A stretch of DNA of 64,000 nucleotides from an uncultured Holophaga sp. (lineage in GTDB: Bacteria; Acidobacteriota; Holophagae; Holophagales; Holophagaceae): positions 896,001 through 960,000 of the forward strand of contig OY761614.1 in the NCBI GenBank assembly GCA_963664825.1. Direction: 5' to 3'. The position numbers were made by a program, and so were the translations under genes. Shown piece after piece: positions 31,551 through 41,008 of the stretch (positions are counted from its first letter, which is position 1; the number at the start of each line of letters is the position of its first letter). Below the pieces are notes generated by a model. The model was not told the origin of the DNA and searched no databases. It saw only the letters and a program-made list of their open reading frames with translations.

Positions 31551-33403
31551 GGCTGGGGGCGCTGCCCGCCCGGCAGGAAGGGCGCCACCAGTTCCACCTG
31601 GCCGAAGGGGGCCGAGAGTTGGATCCCCGCCACGCAGCCTCTCACGGCCTCCAGGAGCTCCTGGGTGATGGCCAGCCCTTCCTGAAGCTGGTCCTCGGCC
31701 TTCGCCCAGCGCCCCATGCGGTCGAGAATGCCCTGGGGCATGCGGACGCCGGGGATTTCCGTGGCCATGAACTGGGCATTCCGGAGGCTCTTCAGAGGCC
31801 ATAGGCCCACGATGACGGGAATCTCCAAATGGCCAGCCAGGTCCAGGAAGCGGAAGAGACCCTCCGTATCGAAAACCGATTGGGTCACGGCCCATTCGGC
31901 CCCGGCCTCCGCCTTGCGCTGGAAGCGCGAGAGCTCCCGCTCCTGGTCCGGGGCATCGGGATTGACCCCCACGCCCACGCTGAAGGCCGCGGGCATGCCG
32001 ATGGCCGTGCCCCCCAGATCCAGACCGCGGTTCAGGTCCCGCAGGATCCCCGCCAGGCCGATGGCATCCACGTCGAAGACGGCGGTGGCCCTGGGATAGG
32101 GCCCGAGTTTCGGCGGATCCCCGGTGATGGCCAGGATATTGTGCAGTCCGAGGGCCGCCGCGCCGAGGAGGTCGGCCTGGATGCCCAGGAGATTGCGGTC
32201 GCGGCAGGCGTAGTGGAGCACGGTCTCGATGCCCACCCGCTGCTGGATGAGGAGGGCCGTGGAAAGGGCCGAGAGCCGGGCCATGGCCCGGGGGCCATCG
32301 GGCACGTTCACGCAATCGGCGCCCAGATCCCGGCACTGCTGGGCCTTGACCAGCATCTTCTCCATGTCCAGGCCCCGAGGGGGCACCAGCTCCACGGAAT
32401 AGACGAATTCCCGGCGCGCCAGTTTGCCACTGAGGGTCGAGCGCTCCGCGAAGGGCATCGGTTCCACGCCCTGGGGCTCCTCTTCCCGGACCCGCGTTTC
32501 CTGGCCCTGATGGAAGGCCTGCTCCTGCCGGAGGGCCCCGCACATGGCCCGGGTGTGGATGGGACTGGTGCCCGCGCAGCCGCCGATGGCCCGGGCCCCG
32601 GCCAAGAAGGCCTGCCTGGCGAATTCGCCCAGGTATTCCGGGCTGGCCATGTAGAGCATGCGCCCGTCCACCACCCGAGGCAGGCCGGCACTGGGTTGCA
32701 CCAGGATGGGGGAAGTGGCCACCTCTTTGAGGCGGGGCAGCATTTCCAGAATCGTGGCGGGCCCCGCGCCTTCGGAGATGCCCACCAGATCAGCCCCGGC
32801 CTCGGAGAGTTTGCGCACGAACCACTCGGGATTCACCGAGAACCCCACGCCGGCGGCTGTGCCTTCATCGGCACTAAAGAGGGCCGCCACGGGAAGATCG
32901 GAGACGGCCTTCACCGAGGCCAGGGCCTCCAGGGCCTCATGCAGATCCTGGAAGGATTCCAAGACGAAGAGATCGACCCCTCCTTCCGCCAGGGCCAGGG
33001 CCTGTTCCTGGACGATGCGGTGGGCATCCTCCAGGGCTAGGGGGCCGAAGGGCTCCAGGGTGAGGCCCAAGGGACCGATGCAGCCCGCCACCCAGCCGTT
33101 CCCCCCTTCCAGGGCCCTGCGGGCCAGCCGGGCTCCTTCGCGGTTGATATCGCCCACGCGCTCCGCCAGCCCGAAGGCGCCCAGTTTGGCGCTATTGGCC
33201 GCCCAGGTATTGGTGGTGAGCACCTGGGCCCCGGCGTCTGCGAATTCCCGGTGGATGGCCAGGACCAGATCCGGCCGGGTGAGATTGGTCTCCTCGAAGC
33301 TGCTATTGATGAACACGCCCCGCTCGTAGAGCACCGTGGGCGTGGAGCCGTCGAAGAGGAAGCGCTGGCCCGCTTCCAGGGCGTCCTTGAAGGATGGAGA
33401 CAT
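31547..33403 (-). CDS. yitJ: YitJ-type homocysteine S-methyltransferase/5,10-methylene-THF reductase fusion; HMT domain appears degenerate
   Basis: N-terminal HMT fold (TTNTW, PSAGLP); C-terminal MTHFR (VELVPP, HYACRDRN, ITGDPP, KAEAGA..VTQ). Confidence 0.9.
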   Translation of the reverse strand: MSPSFKDALEAGQRFLFDGSTPTVLYERGVFINSSFEETNLTRPDLVLAIHREFADAGAQVLTTNTWAANSAKLGAFGLAERVGDINREGARLARRALEGGNGWVAGCIGPLGLTLEPFGPLALEDAHRIVQEQALALAEGGVDLFVLESFQDLHEALEALASVKAVSDLPVAALFSADEGTAAGVGFSVNPEWFVRKLSEAGADLVGISEGAGPATILEMLPRLKEVATSPILVQPSAGLPRVVDGRMLYMASPEYLGEFARQAFLAGARAIGGCAGTSPIHTRAMCGALRQEQAFHQGQETRVREEEPQGVEPMPFAERSTLSGKLARREFVYSVELVPPRGLDMEKMLVKAQQCRDLGADCVNVPDGPRAMARLSALSTALLIQQRVGIETVLHYACRDRNLLGIQADLLGAAALGLHNILAITGDPPKLGPYPRATAVFDVDAIGLAGILRDLNRGLDLGGTAIGMPAAFSVGVGVNPDAPDQERELSRFQRKAEAGAEWAVTQSVFDTEGLFRFLDLAGHLEIPVIVGLWPLKSLRNAQFMATEIPGVRMPQGILDRMGRWAKAEDQLQEGLAITQELLEAVRGCVAGIQLSAPFGQVELVAPFLPGGQRPQP

Positions 33404-33499
33404 GGAACCTCGAGGGAAAAGGCCCGCCAAGCCCATGTGCGACACCCCCCGAGGAACCATGGACTCCCGGGAAGATCCTTGCCGTTCCTATTTCAGCTC

Positions 33500-33612
33500 A
33501 GCATCTTTCCCGGATGGCAGCCTCGCCACCCCGGGGGGAATTGGCACCACGCTTGGGAGCAAGCAGGTTGCCAAGGTTTCACAGGGCCCGTCCCTCCACC
33601 TTTCTGGATATC
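33500..33612 (-). ncRNA. SAM-I (S-box) riboswitch
   Basis: Minus strand ATCCAGAAAGGTGGAGGGACGGGCCCTGTGAAACC-TTGGCAACC...GGTGCCAATTCC...GGAAAGATG, upstream of methionine genes. Candidate promoter TTGACG-17-CATCCT at 33674-33646. Confidence 0.93.
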
Positions 33613-33682
33613 GCGCTATGGAACTGGCAAAGACCTGGACGAACCAGGATGGGGCCCCGCCCCTGCCCCGTCAAGCGAGCGC

Positions 33683-35482
33683 TCATAATCCCAGCGCGGG
33701 GAACCCCACCACCTGGTTGCGGCCATTCCCCTTGGCCCCATAGAGGGCCTTGTCGGCCGAGGCCATAAGGGTCTCCCCATCCGAGCCATGCTCGGGGAAT
33801 GTGGCCACGCCGATGCTCACCGTCACCCGACATCCGGCAGGGAAATCGGGTTCGGGCAGGGAGAGCGCTTCCACGCAGAGGCGCAGGCGATCCGCCATGA
33901 TGAGGGCTACCTCGAAGGCCGTGAAGGGCAGCAGGATCGCGAACTCTTCGCCACCATAGCGGGCCACCACATCGCCCCCGCGCACCTGTTCCCGGAGACA
34001 ACGCACGACGGCGCGCAGTACCTGATCCCCCGCCTCGTGCCCGAACTGGTCATTGAACTGCTTGAAGTGATCGATATCGAGCATGAGGGCCGAGAGCGAC
34101 TGTGCCCCCCGCCGAGCCTGATCGACCAGCTTGCCCAGGATCTCGTCCAGGAAGCGGCGGTTGTAGATGCCGGTGAGTCCATCCCGAATGGCCTGGTCCT
34201 TGGCCAGATGCAGGGCCCGGAGGGCCTGGAGGGCGGAGGCCGCGATGGAGATGCAGGCCTCGGCGATGCGGCAGAGTTTCGGGGTGAAGTGGCCGGGCCG
34301 CCGGGATTGCAGGTTCACCAGGCCCAGGATCTGACCGGAGGCCACCAAGGGAATGCAGAGGTAGGCGCCCCTGCCGGGCACGCCCAGGGCACAGAGGCAG
34401 GCCGTGGGCGCCTTGGAATCGAGCTGGACCGAGCTGCCCTTCTGCATGGCCCGGCAGGCCATGGCGTCCTCGAACATGCGAGAGCCGGTCTCGTCCATCT
34501 CCAGTGGCAACGCGGCCTGGAGGCCATCCCCCACAGAAGGCCGCAGCAACACCTGGACGAGGTCCACCTCCAGGCGGCGCCGCAGGGCCTGTTCCAGGGC
34601 CGCCAGGAGATCCTCCTCCCGGTCGATGCGCTGCACCAGTTCCGTGAACTCCCGAATGGCCTGGGCCTCCTCCTGGTCCTGAAGCAGGGTCTGCTCCCGT
34701 TCCCGGGCTCGGATATCGAGTTCGAAGAGGGCCTGGCCGAGCACCTCCACCTCGCGCACGGAATGGATCGATTCGGGTTCAGGGAATCCTGCCCCCAACC
34801 TAGCCGCGTCGGCGAGCTCGATGAGGGGGTCGGCGATCTTCCGCAGGATCCAGCGGGAGATGCTGAGCCCCAGGAAGAACATGACCAGCATCGCGATTCC
34901 CGACATCCACCGGGCGGCTCCAAGGGAGGCCTCCACCGCCTCGAGACGGGCATTATCGCGCTCGTCCAGGAACCTCAGGAGAGAATCACTGGCCTCCCGG
35001 ATGGCCTCGAAGCTCCGCTTTTCCGCTTCAAGGTCCCCCTTGAGATTGGGGAGGGGGGCCACCCTCCGCCGCCGCACCAAGGGATCGGCCACATCCTCAT
35101 GCCAGCCCCGGATGATCCCCTGGAGCCGATCGACCCGGAGCCGGGCCTCTTCCTGATCGGAAGGATCCAGGTTTTCCAGTGTGCTCCGAAAGGCCTCGGC
35201 CTCGACCTTTATTCCCTGGTAGTAGGACCCCAGCAGGCCGACATCGCCGATGCCCAGGAAGCCCCGAAGGCCCACCTCCTCATCGAGAAGGGTTGCCATG
35301 AGCGACTGCTGTGACCGGTAGCGATTCAGGGCCCGGATCTGGGCCTCCGCCTGCTCGGAGATACGCATCTCCACGAAATACCTGAGGCCATAGCTGGCCA
35401 CGGCGAAGGCCAGCGAAATCCCGACCAGGCCCAGATAGAGGTGGGTCCGGAGGGAATGATGTCGGGGCAGGGGGTCCAGCAT
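33683..35482 (-). CDS. Membrane diguanylate cyclase (CHASE3-like, GAF, GGDEF)
   Basis: Two TMs around a LLDEEVGLRGFL sensor domain, GAF (CIPLVASGQILG), DIDHFKQFND, RxxD I-site and GGEEF. Confidence 0.92.
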   Translation of the reverse strand: MLDPLPRHHSLRTHLYLGLVGISLAFAVASYGLRYFVEMRISEQAEAQIRALNRYRSQQSLMATLLDEEVGLRGFLGIGDVGLLGSYYQGIKVEAEAFRSTLENLDPSDQEEARLRVDRLQGIIRGWHEDVADPLVRRRRVAPLPNLKGDLEAEKRSFEAIREASDSLLRFLDERDNARLEAVEASLGAARWMSGIAMLVMFFLGLSISRWILRKIADPLIELADAARLGAGFPEPESIHSVREVEVLGQALFELDIRAREREQTLLQDQEEAQAIREFTELVQRIDREEDLLAALEQALRRRLEVDLVQVLLRPSVGDGLQAALPLEMDETGSRMFEDAMACRAMQKGSSVQLDSKAPTACLCALGVPGRGAYLCIPLVASGQILGLVNLQSRRPGHFTPKLCRIAEACISIAASALQALRALHLAKDQAIRDGLTGIYNRRFLDEILGKLVDQARRGAQSLSALMLDIDHFKQFNDQFGHEAGDQVLRAVVRCLREQVRGGDVVARYGGEEFAILLPFTAFEVALIMADRLRLCVEALSLPEPDFPAGCRVTVSIGVATFPEHGSDGETLMASADKALYGAKGNGRNQVVGFPALGL

Positions 35483-35571
35483 GGTTTGGGCTCCGCAAAG
35501 GCTATCGGCAGAACCCACCGGAACTCATGAACAGGCATCCGAAAAAACCCCAGCTGGGCTAGTCTGTGATT

Positions 35572-37260
35572 ATGCTTGCCTCTCTGCGAATCCAGAACCT
35601 CGCCCTGGTCGAGGACCTGACGGTGCCCTTCGAGGCCGGCTTCACCGTGCTGACGGGGGAGACCGGCGCTGGGAAATCCCTCCTGGTGGATGCCTTGGCC
35701 CTGCTGGTGGGGGCCCGAGGCGACCTGGAGCTGGTGCGTGTGGGTTCGGAAAGGGCCGTGGTCGAAGGCGTCATCGAGGATGGCTTCGAGGGCTGGAGGG
35801 GGTTTCTGGAGGCCCGGGGCCTGCCCGCGGAACAGCCCGTCGTGCTGCGCCGGGAAGTGGGGGCCCAGGGCCGCAGCCGCGCCTGGATCAATGGCGCCAG
35901 CTGCAACCTGGGCGATCTCCGGGAAGCCGGGCGCATCTGGATGCGCCTCACGAGTCAGCATGACCACCAGTCCCTGCTCTCAGAAGAACGCCATCTGGGC
36001 CTGCTGGACGAGGCCCTGGGCCTCCACCCGGATCTCTCCAGCGAAGCCGAAGCCGTGCGCGAGGCCGAGGCCGCGCTGAGGGCGCGGCGCAAGAGCGAAT
36101 CCGAGCGGGAATCCCGCCTGGCGTGGCTGGCCGATCAGATCCAGGATCTGGAAAAGCTCGCTCCCAAACCCGGCGAATGGCTCCAACTCCGGGATGAGCG
36201 CGAGCCCTTGCGCCACGCCGCCCACCTCGAACAGGCCTTTCGGGAGGCCAGCGAGGCCTTCCGGGAGGCCATGCCCCAGATCGAGACCGCCCACCGCGCC
36301 TTCATCAGAGCCGCCAGTGTGCTGCCCGATACCCAGCTCGAAGTGGACCGCCTGCGCTCGGCTCTGCTGGAACTGGAGGATCTCCAGGCCCTGGGCCAGG
36401 AACAGGCCATCCACTGGTCCAAGTCCGGCGTGGAGCGCATCGAGGCCGTGGAATCGCGCCTGGCCGCCTTCGAGAGGCTGGCCCGCCGCCACCACTGCGA
36501 GCCCGAGGAACTGGCCGATCGGCTGAAGGTCTTCCGGGAGGAACAGCGGGATCTGTTGGCTGGATCATCTTCCATCCAGGATCTGGAGAAGCGACTGGCC
36601 AAGGCCGCCGAAGCCTACCGGAAGGCCGCCGAAGCCCTGCATGAGCGGCGGGGCACCTGGATCCCCAAGCTCGAAAAGGAAGTCCACGCCCGGCTCCAGA
36701 AGCTCGGCATGGGGGGCGCGCGCCTTCAGGCTCGGCTGAGCCTCGCCGGGGAACCGGGCAGCCCCGTGCAACAGGCCGGGCAGTCCGTGAGGGTCTCGGC
36801 CTCCGGATTTTCCGCCCTGGCCCTCTGGATCGAGCCCAACCCGGGCGAAGGCTTCCGCCCCCTGGCCAAGATCGCTTCGGGCGGAGAACTGAGCCGCGTG
36901 ATGCTGGCCTTCCTGGGGGCCGGCATGGCCCTGGGCGAAGGCACAGAAGAGGGCCTCACCCTCGTGCTGGACGAAGTGGACGCCGGCATCGGCGGCGAAA
37001 CGGCCCTGGCGGTGGGCGCCGCGGTGCGGGAACTGGGAAAGCGCCACCAGGTCCTGGCCGTCACCCATCTCGCCCAGGTCGCCGCCCGAGCCGAACACCA
37101 CGGCCGTCTCCGCAAGGCCACTCTGGCAGGCCGCACCCGCAGCGAACTCAGCTGGCTCGAGGGAGAGACCCAGGTGAAGGAACTGGCCCGGCTGCTCTCG
37201 GGGCACCCCGAGGGCCTCGAAGCCCAGGCCCACGCCAGGAGCCTGCTGGGATCACTCTGA
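35572..37260 (+). CDS. recN: DNA repair protein RecN
   Basis: TGETGAGKS, ASGGELSR, LDEVDAGIGG, VTHLAQVAA. Confidence 0.96.
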   Translation: MLASLRIQNLALVEDLTVPFEAGFTVLTGETGAGKSLLVDALALLVGARGDLELVRVGSERAVVEGVIEDGFEGWRGFLEARGLPAEQPVVLRREVGAQGRSRAWINGASCNLGDLREAGRIWMRLTSQHDHQSLLSEERHLGLLDEALGLHPDLSSEAEAVREAEAALRARRKSESERESRLAWLADQIQDLEKLAPKPGEWLQLRDEREPLRHAAHLEQAFREASEAFREAMPQIETAHRAFIRAASVLPDTQLEVDRLRSALLELEDLQALGQEQAIHWSKSGVERIEAVESRLAAFERLARRHHCEPEELADRLKVFREEQRDLLAGSSSIQDLEKRLAKAAEAYRKAAEALHERRGTWIPKLEKEVHARLQKLGMGGARLQARLSLAGEPGSPVQQAGQSVRVSASGFSALALWIEPNPGEGFRPLAKIASGGELSRVMLAFLGAGMALGEGTEEGLTLVLDEVDAGIGGETALAVGAAVRELGKRHQVLAVTHLAQVAARAEHHGRLRKATLAGRTRSELSWLEGETQVKELARLLSGHPEGLEAQAHARSLLGSL

Positions 37261-37421
37261 GGTAGAGGAACAGCCAAGAAGAGGGGAGACCCCATTCGAC
37301 CCGCCTGTTTTCCTGCCTACAGGGTTCCCATTGAAGCCACCAACATGGAGATGATCCGGTTCGCCAGAGTGCTTCTCCAGGGCCTTGTTCTGCGGACCCA
37401 CCCCATTGGCTTATGCGAGTC

Positions 37422-38063
37422 TTACTTGGTTTTCGGCGCGTAGGGGCCATCTGGGAGGCCCTGATTTACCCGAAACACAGCTTGACCGTTGGCCTGCTGG
37501 GCGAGCGGAATGTAGTTAGGGGCAGCCTTGGTCACGCCGGCAGTGATGGCCGCGCTAATCAGGTCCACGAGCGGGTTGCCACTGGAATTATTCTGCGGAG
37601 TATAAACCAGGGACTCTTGGGCGGCCCATAACTCCTCACCCGTCTTCCCGCTCTTCAACGAATACTTGAAGGCAACCTTCACGGATGTGGAAAGGACAGC
37701 GTATTCGGCAGTCCAAGTGTCAATGGTGATGTAGAGAATGGTGTCTGTGCCGAACAGTGCGCCGAGACGCTTGGGACTCGCATTGTGGACGAGGTTTGCA
37801 TCGGCGAGACCGTCGTCCTCGAGTACACGTTTCACGAGATTGACCGGGAAGACGTAGTAGCCCCGCTCAGCCACAGGCCTGCTGATGGTGGCAAGGAAGT
37901 AGTCGGCCGCGGTCACATCGACACTCCTGTTGATGACGGGGACGATGAGGATGGACTTGGGGTTTTCCGCTCGAAATTTCGTGTAATCCTTGGGGTACGC
38001 TTCGGGGGGGCGGCAGCCAAGACCAAGCAGAGCCGCAGACACACAAATCAAAAGGGCTTTCAT
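37422..38063 (-). CDS. DUF799/GNA1162-family lipoprotein
   Basis: Lipobox LGLGC; PKSILIVPVIN.S, PVAERGYYVFP and GLPDGPY motifs. Confidence 0.85.
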   Translation of the reverse strand: MKALLICVSAALLGLGCRPPEAYPKDYTKFRAENPKSILIVPVINRSVDVTAADYFLATISRPVAERGYYVFPVNLVKRVLEDDGLADANLVHNASPKRLGALFGTDTILYITIDTWTAEYAVLSTSVKVAFKYSLKSGKTGEELWAAQESLVYTPQNNSSGNPLVDLISAAITAGVTKAAPNYIPLAQQANGQAVFRVNQGLPDGPYAPKTK

Positions 38064-38473
38064 CGGACACTCCCAGCGGCTGCCGCAACAACGGGCTTGG
38101 TCTCCGCAGCGGCGCTTGCTTTGGCAGGCATCGCCTTTGGGTTTTGGCAGGTGAGGATCATCTTGTCCATCAAGAAGGTAGACTCAGGCCACTTCGCCTT
38201 TTCCTTCTGAAACCAGGGGACGGCTTCGTTGTGCTTCTGGGCGGCCATCAGGAAATAGCCGTACTCAGCGTAAATGCCGGGAGGAATGTTCCCGAGGGTT
38301 TCGGCCTTCACGATCTGTTCGTTCAGGGCGAGGCCGTATTTGTCGAGACTGGTCGGATCCTTCATGAGCCGGTATAGGGAGCCTTCGTAGTCTCCCCAAT
38401 GGTAAAGGGTTGGTGGGGTACAAGCGGTGGTTGCCAGCAGCACGAGTGCGCCTGCCAGAAGACCATATTTCAT
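38060..38473 (-). CDS. DUF4810-family lipoprotein
   Basis: Lipobox TTAC; LYHWGDY, PPGIYAEYG and EKAKWPES. Confidence 0.85.
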   Translation of the reverse strand: MKYGLLAGALVLLATTACTPPTLYHWGDYEGSLYRLMKDPTSLDKYGLALNEQIVKAETLGNIPPGIYAEYGYFLMAAQKHNEAVPWFQKEKAKWPESTFLMDKMILTCQNPKAMPAKASAAAETKPVVAAAAGSVR

Positions 38474-38787
38474 CAGTTCACCTCACGGGGAACAATGATG
38501 GAGCGCATCTCGCCGCCTCCAAAGAACACGCGCTGGCTAAGCAGCGTCGACCCTCCAGACCTGATCTCGATCAGGTGGGTTCCGGGCTCGACAGACAAGA
38601 CATTGGGGTCGCCCGCGAAAGCAACGGCATTTCCGACCGGCTTCCCGTCGAGGCAGAGAATCGCGCCTGCAGGCGCACCCACCACCCTCAAGGTCGAGCG
38701 GCCGTCAACGGTCTGGACCGTCGTATTGGGAACCTTGCAGCAGATGGAACCGAGGCCAAGTAATGCGATAGCAACAAACAACCTCAT
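38473..38787 (-). CDS. Small exported beta-rich (PEGA-like) protein
   Basis: Signal peptide, GAILCLDG and VEPGTHLIEI; translationally coupled within the operon. Confidence 0.7.
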   Translation of the reverse strand: MRLFVAIALLGLGSICCKVPNTTVQTVDGRSTLRVVGAPAGAILCLDGKPVGNAVAFAGDPNVLSVEPGTHLIEIRSGGSTLLSQRVFFGGGEMRSIIVPREVN

Positions 38788-38789
38788 GG

Positions 38790-39734
38790 CTATTTCGCCT
38801 CCGCAACATAGAGCTGATTCTGGGATTGGATGTTCCCTTCCGTGATTTCGCAGACCGCGCCTTCATTGACTTCGGACTCGCCGAACAAGCTAATCACACG
38901 AGCCGAGCCGATGCGTTCAGAGGGAAGGGCGATGTCGAAACCGCTCTGGGCGCTCTTGACCTTCTGCCCATCCCTGAAGATCGCCAATTTGTCACCAACC
39001 TTGAGGCCCTGCCGCTGGCCACCCGTGATGTAGATGCGGTTGTTGTCCACCTTCAGGATGTCTGTGCGCCATGGGCGCTCGTTGATCTTACTGACGAGGT
39101 CGTTCATCACGTCCGAGATAGCCGCACCGATAGCGCGGTCGTTGAGGGTGGCGTCGTAATCAGCGCGGCTGCCATAACCAGCTATAGACCCGGTTTCTGT
39201 ATTGGCCTCACCAGTCCCAGTGGCCGTAAAAAAGGCGAGTCCGGTCTTTACATCGACCAAGCGAATCTCCACCTTGGCGCGCGCAACCTGATTCTTGGTT
39301 GAGCTCAAAAAGCCAACCTTGCCGCCGGTACTGCGACCGAATTCCGTCACGGAGCCAACGATCAGCGTGTCCACACCAACCAGATTCTCCTGGCCTGTCA
39401 GGCGCTGCTCACGCTTGATCTTCTCCAGATCGGGGCGCTCAAACACCAGGAACTGACCGGATTTGATCAGGCGGTTGTAGAGCATATCCGAGGCCTGCTT
39501 GCCCAGCGGGTCTAGGTCACCATCCGTGAGCAGAGAGCGTCCATAGCGCGTTTCGTTGGTGAAGCGCCCCACCGCAATCTTTCGCTTGAACCATTTCTCA
39601 GGCAGAGCATTGGACTGCTGCTGAGCCGTCGCAACAGGGGCAACCGGGACGACCACAGGGGTAGAAACGGTCGCACATCCTAGGCCGACGAGAAGTGCAG
39701 CGATAGACACAGACAGCGCAATAGTCCTGGACAT
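38790..39734 (-). CDS. CsgG/HfaB-family lipoprotein with C-terminal FlgT-like domain
   Basis: Lipobox GLGC; IAVGRFTN, FLVFERPDL, GSVTEFG, IRLVDVKTG; C-terminal IYITGG..GLKVGD; GGAGGTG RBS. Confidence 0.85.
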   Translation of the reverse strand: MSRTIALSVSIAALLVGLGCATVSTPVVVPVAPVATAQQQSNALPEKWFKRKIAVGRFTNETRYGRSLLTDGDLDPLGKQASDMLYNRLIKSGQFLVFERPDLEKIKREQRLTGQENLVGVDTLIVGSVTEFGRSTGGKVGFLSSTKNQVARAKVEIRLVDVKTGLAFFTATGTGEANTETGSIAGYGSRADYDATLNDRAIGAAISDVMNDLVSKINERPWRTDILKVDNNRIYITGGQRQGLKVGDKLAIFRDGQKVKSAQSGFDIALPSERIGSARVISLFGESEVNEGAVCEITEGNIQSQNQLYVAEAK

Positions 39735-39972
39735 CTTCACCTCCATTGCAGGGATTGATCTCATTGCGGATTTCGGGACAAAGCTCACTTCGGTCGGCAC
39801 TGGCTGAGAATGGGATCTTGCATCAGACTACATCACCCCCTCGACCAAGTGATTGTTTTATTATTTTTCCTACCCACAGGATGCCCTTAGAAGACAACCA
39901 GACACCGCATGCAATCTTCTCCGCGGACACCACACCCTGTGTTGAATCCGCTCCTTTGAACCCGGAACCGGT

Positions 39973-41007
39973 TCACCCCAGCCTGGTCTCCCCCCGGGCC
40001 ACCTTCACCAGCGAGGTCAAGGTCTCGTGATTGCCCATCGCCAAGAGCACGTCCCCGACCTGGAAGGTCTCCGTGCCCCGGGGATTGAAGATGAGTCCAC
40101 CTTCGGCGCGGTGGATGCCCACCACGAGGGCGCCTGTGGTGTCCCGCAATCGCGCCTCCCGCATGGACAGGCCCACGAGCTGGGAAAGGGGGTTCACCAG
40201 CACATGTTCGATGGCCATCTCCGTGTGATTGTGGTCGAGCACCACGTCCACGTAGTTCACCAGCTCCGGGTCCAGCAGCAGGGCGGCCATGCGTCGCCCG
40301 CCGATTTCATAGGGGCTCACGATGTGATTGGCGCCGGCGGCCCTCAGTTTGTTCTCCGTGCCCCGCTGGGCCGAACGGGCCACGATGGGCAGTTCCGGCG
40401 CCAACTGCTTGGCTGTGAGGGTCACCAGCACGTTGTCGGCGTCGGTGGTGAGGGCCGCGATGAGCCCCCGGGCCCGGTCGATCCCAGCCCGCTGGAGGAT
40501 CAGCTCGTCCATGGCATCGCCATAGAGGAAGACCTCCCCCTCGAAGCGGGGGTTCTTGGAACCCTTGCCCAGTTCCTTTTCGATGATCACGAAGGAGACG
40601 CCCATCTGCTTCAATTCCCAGGCCGCCTGAAAGCCCATCTTGCCGAAACCGCAGACGATGACGTGATCCTGGAGATTGGAAAGTCGTTTTTCCATGCGGC
40701 GCTCCCGGAGGTAGCCCTGGAGGTCTCCCTCCACAATGAGGGCCGTGAGATTGGAGAGGGCGTAGGTGGCCACGCCCAGGCCCGTGATGAGGTAGACGAT
40801 GGTGAAGAGCTTCGTATGGTTGTTGACCTCGCCCAATTCGCGGAAGCCCACCGTGAATAGCGTCGTGATGGCCATGAAGCAGCTGTCGAGGTAGTTCAGC
40901 TTCGCCAGCCACCGGTAGCCCAGCACCCCCACCAGAACGACGAGGGCGAGCAGCAGCAGCGTGTGGCGCAGCCGCTGAAGCGGAGGCGAAGTCTTCGATA
41001 TGGCCAT
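39973..41007 (-). CDS. Two-TM potassium channel with RCK (TrkA-N/TrkA-C) domains
   Basis: TM-pore(TVGF)-TM, HVIVCGFGKMG, GDA, and a TrkA-C domain (FNP). Confidence 0.9.
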   Translation of the reverse strand: MAISKTSPPLQRLRHTLLLLALVVLVGVLGYRWLAKLNYLDSCFMAITTLFTVGFRELGEVNNHTKLFTIVYLITGLGVATYALSNLTALIVEGDLQGYLRERRMEKRLSNLQDHVIVCGFGKMGFQAAWELKQMGVSFVIIEKELGKGSKNPRFEGEVFLYGDAMDELILQRAGIDRARGLIAALTTDADNVLVTLTAKQLAPELPIVARSAQRGTENKLRAAGANHIVSPYEIGGRRMAALLLDPELVNYVDVVLDHNHTEMAIEHVLVNPLSQLVGLSMREARLRDTTGALVVGIHRAEGGLIFNPRGTETFQVGDVLLAMGNHETLTSLVKVARGETRLG

Positions 41008-41008
41008 T

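Noticed and set aside
31551..32543. 427-aa ORF 31260-32543 as a long ferredoxin fusion
   Set aside because: The upstream part overlaps yitJ in another frame; only the last 96 codons look like a real protein.
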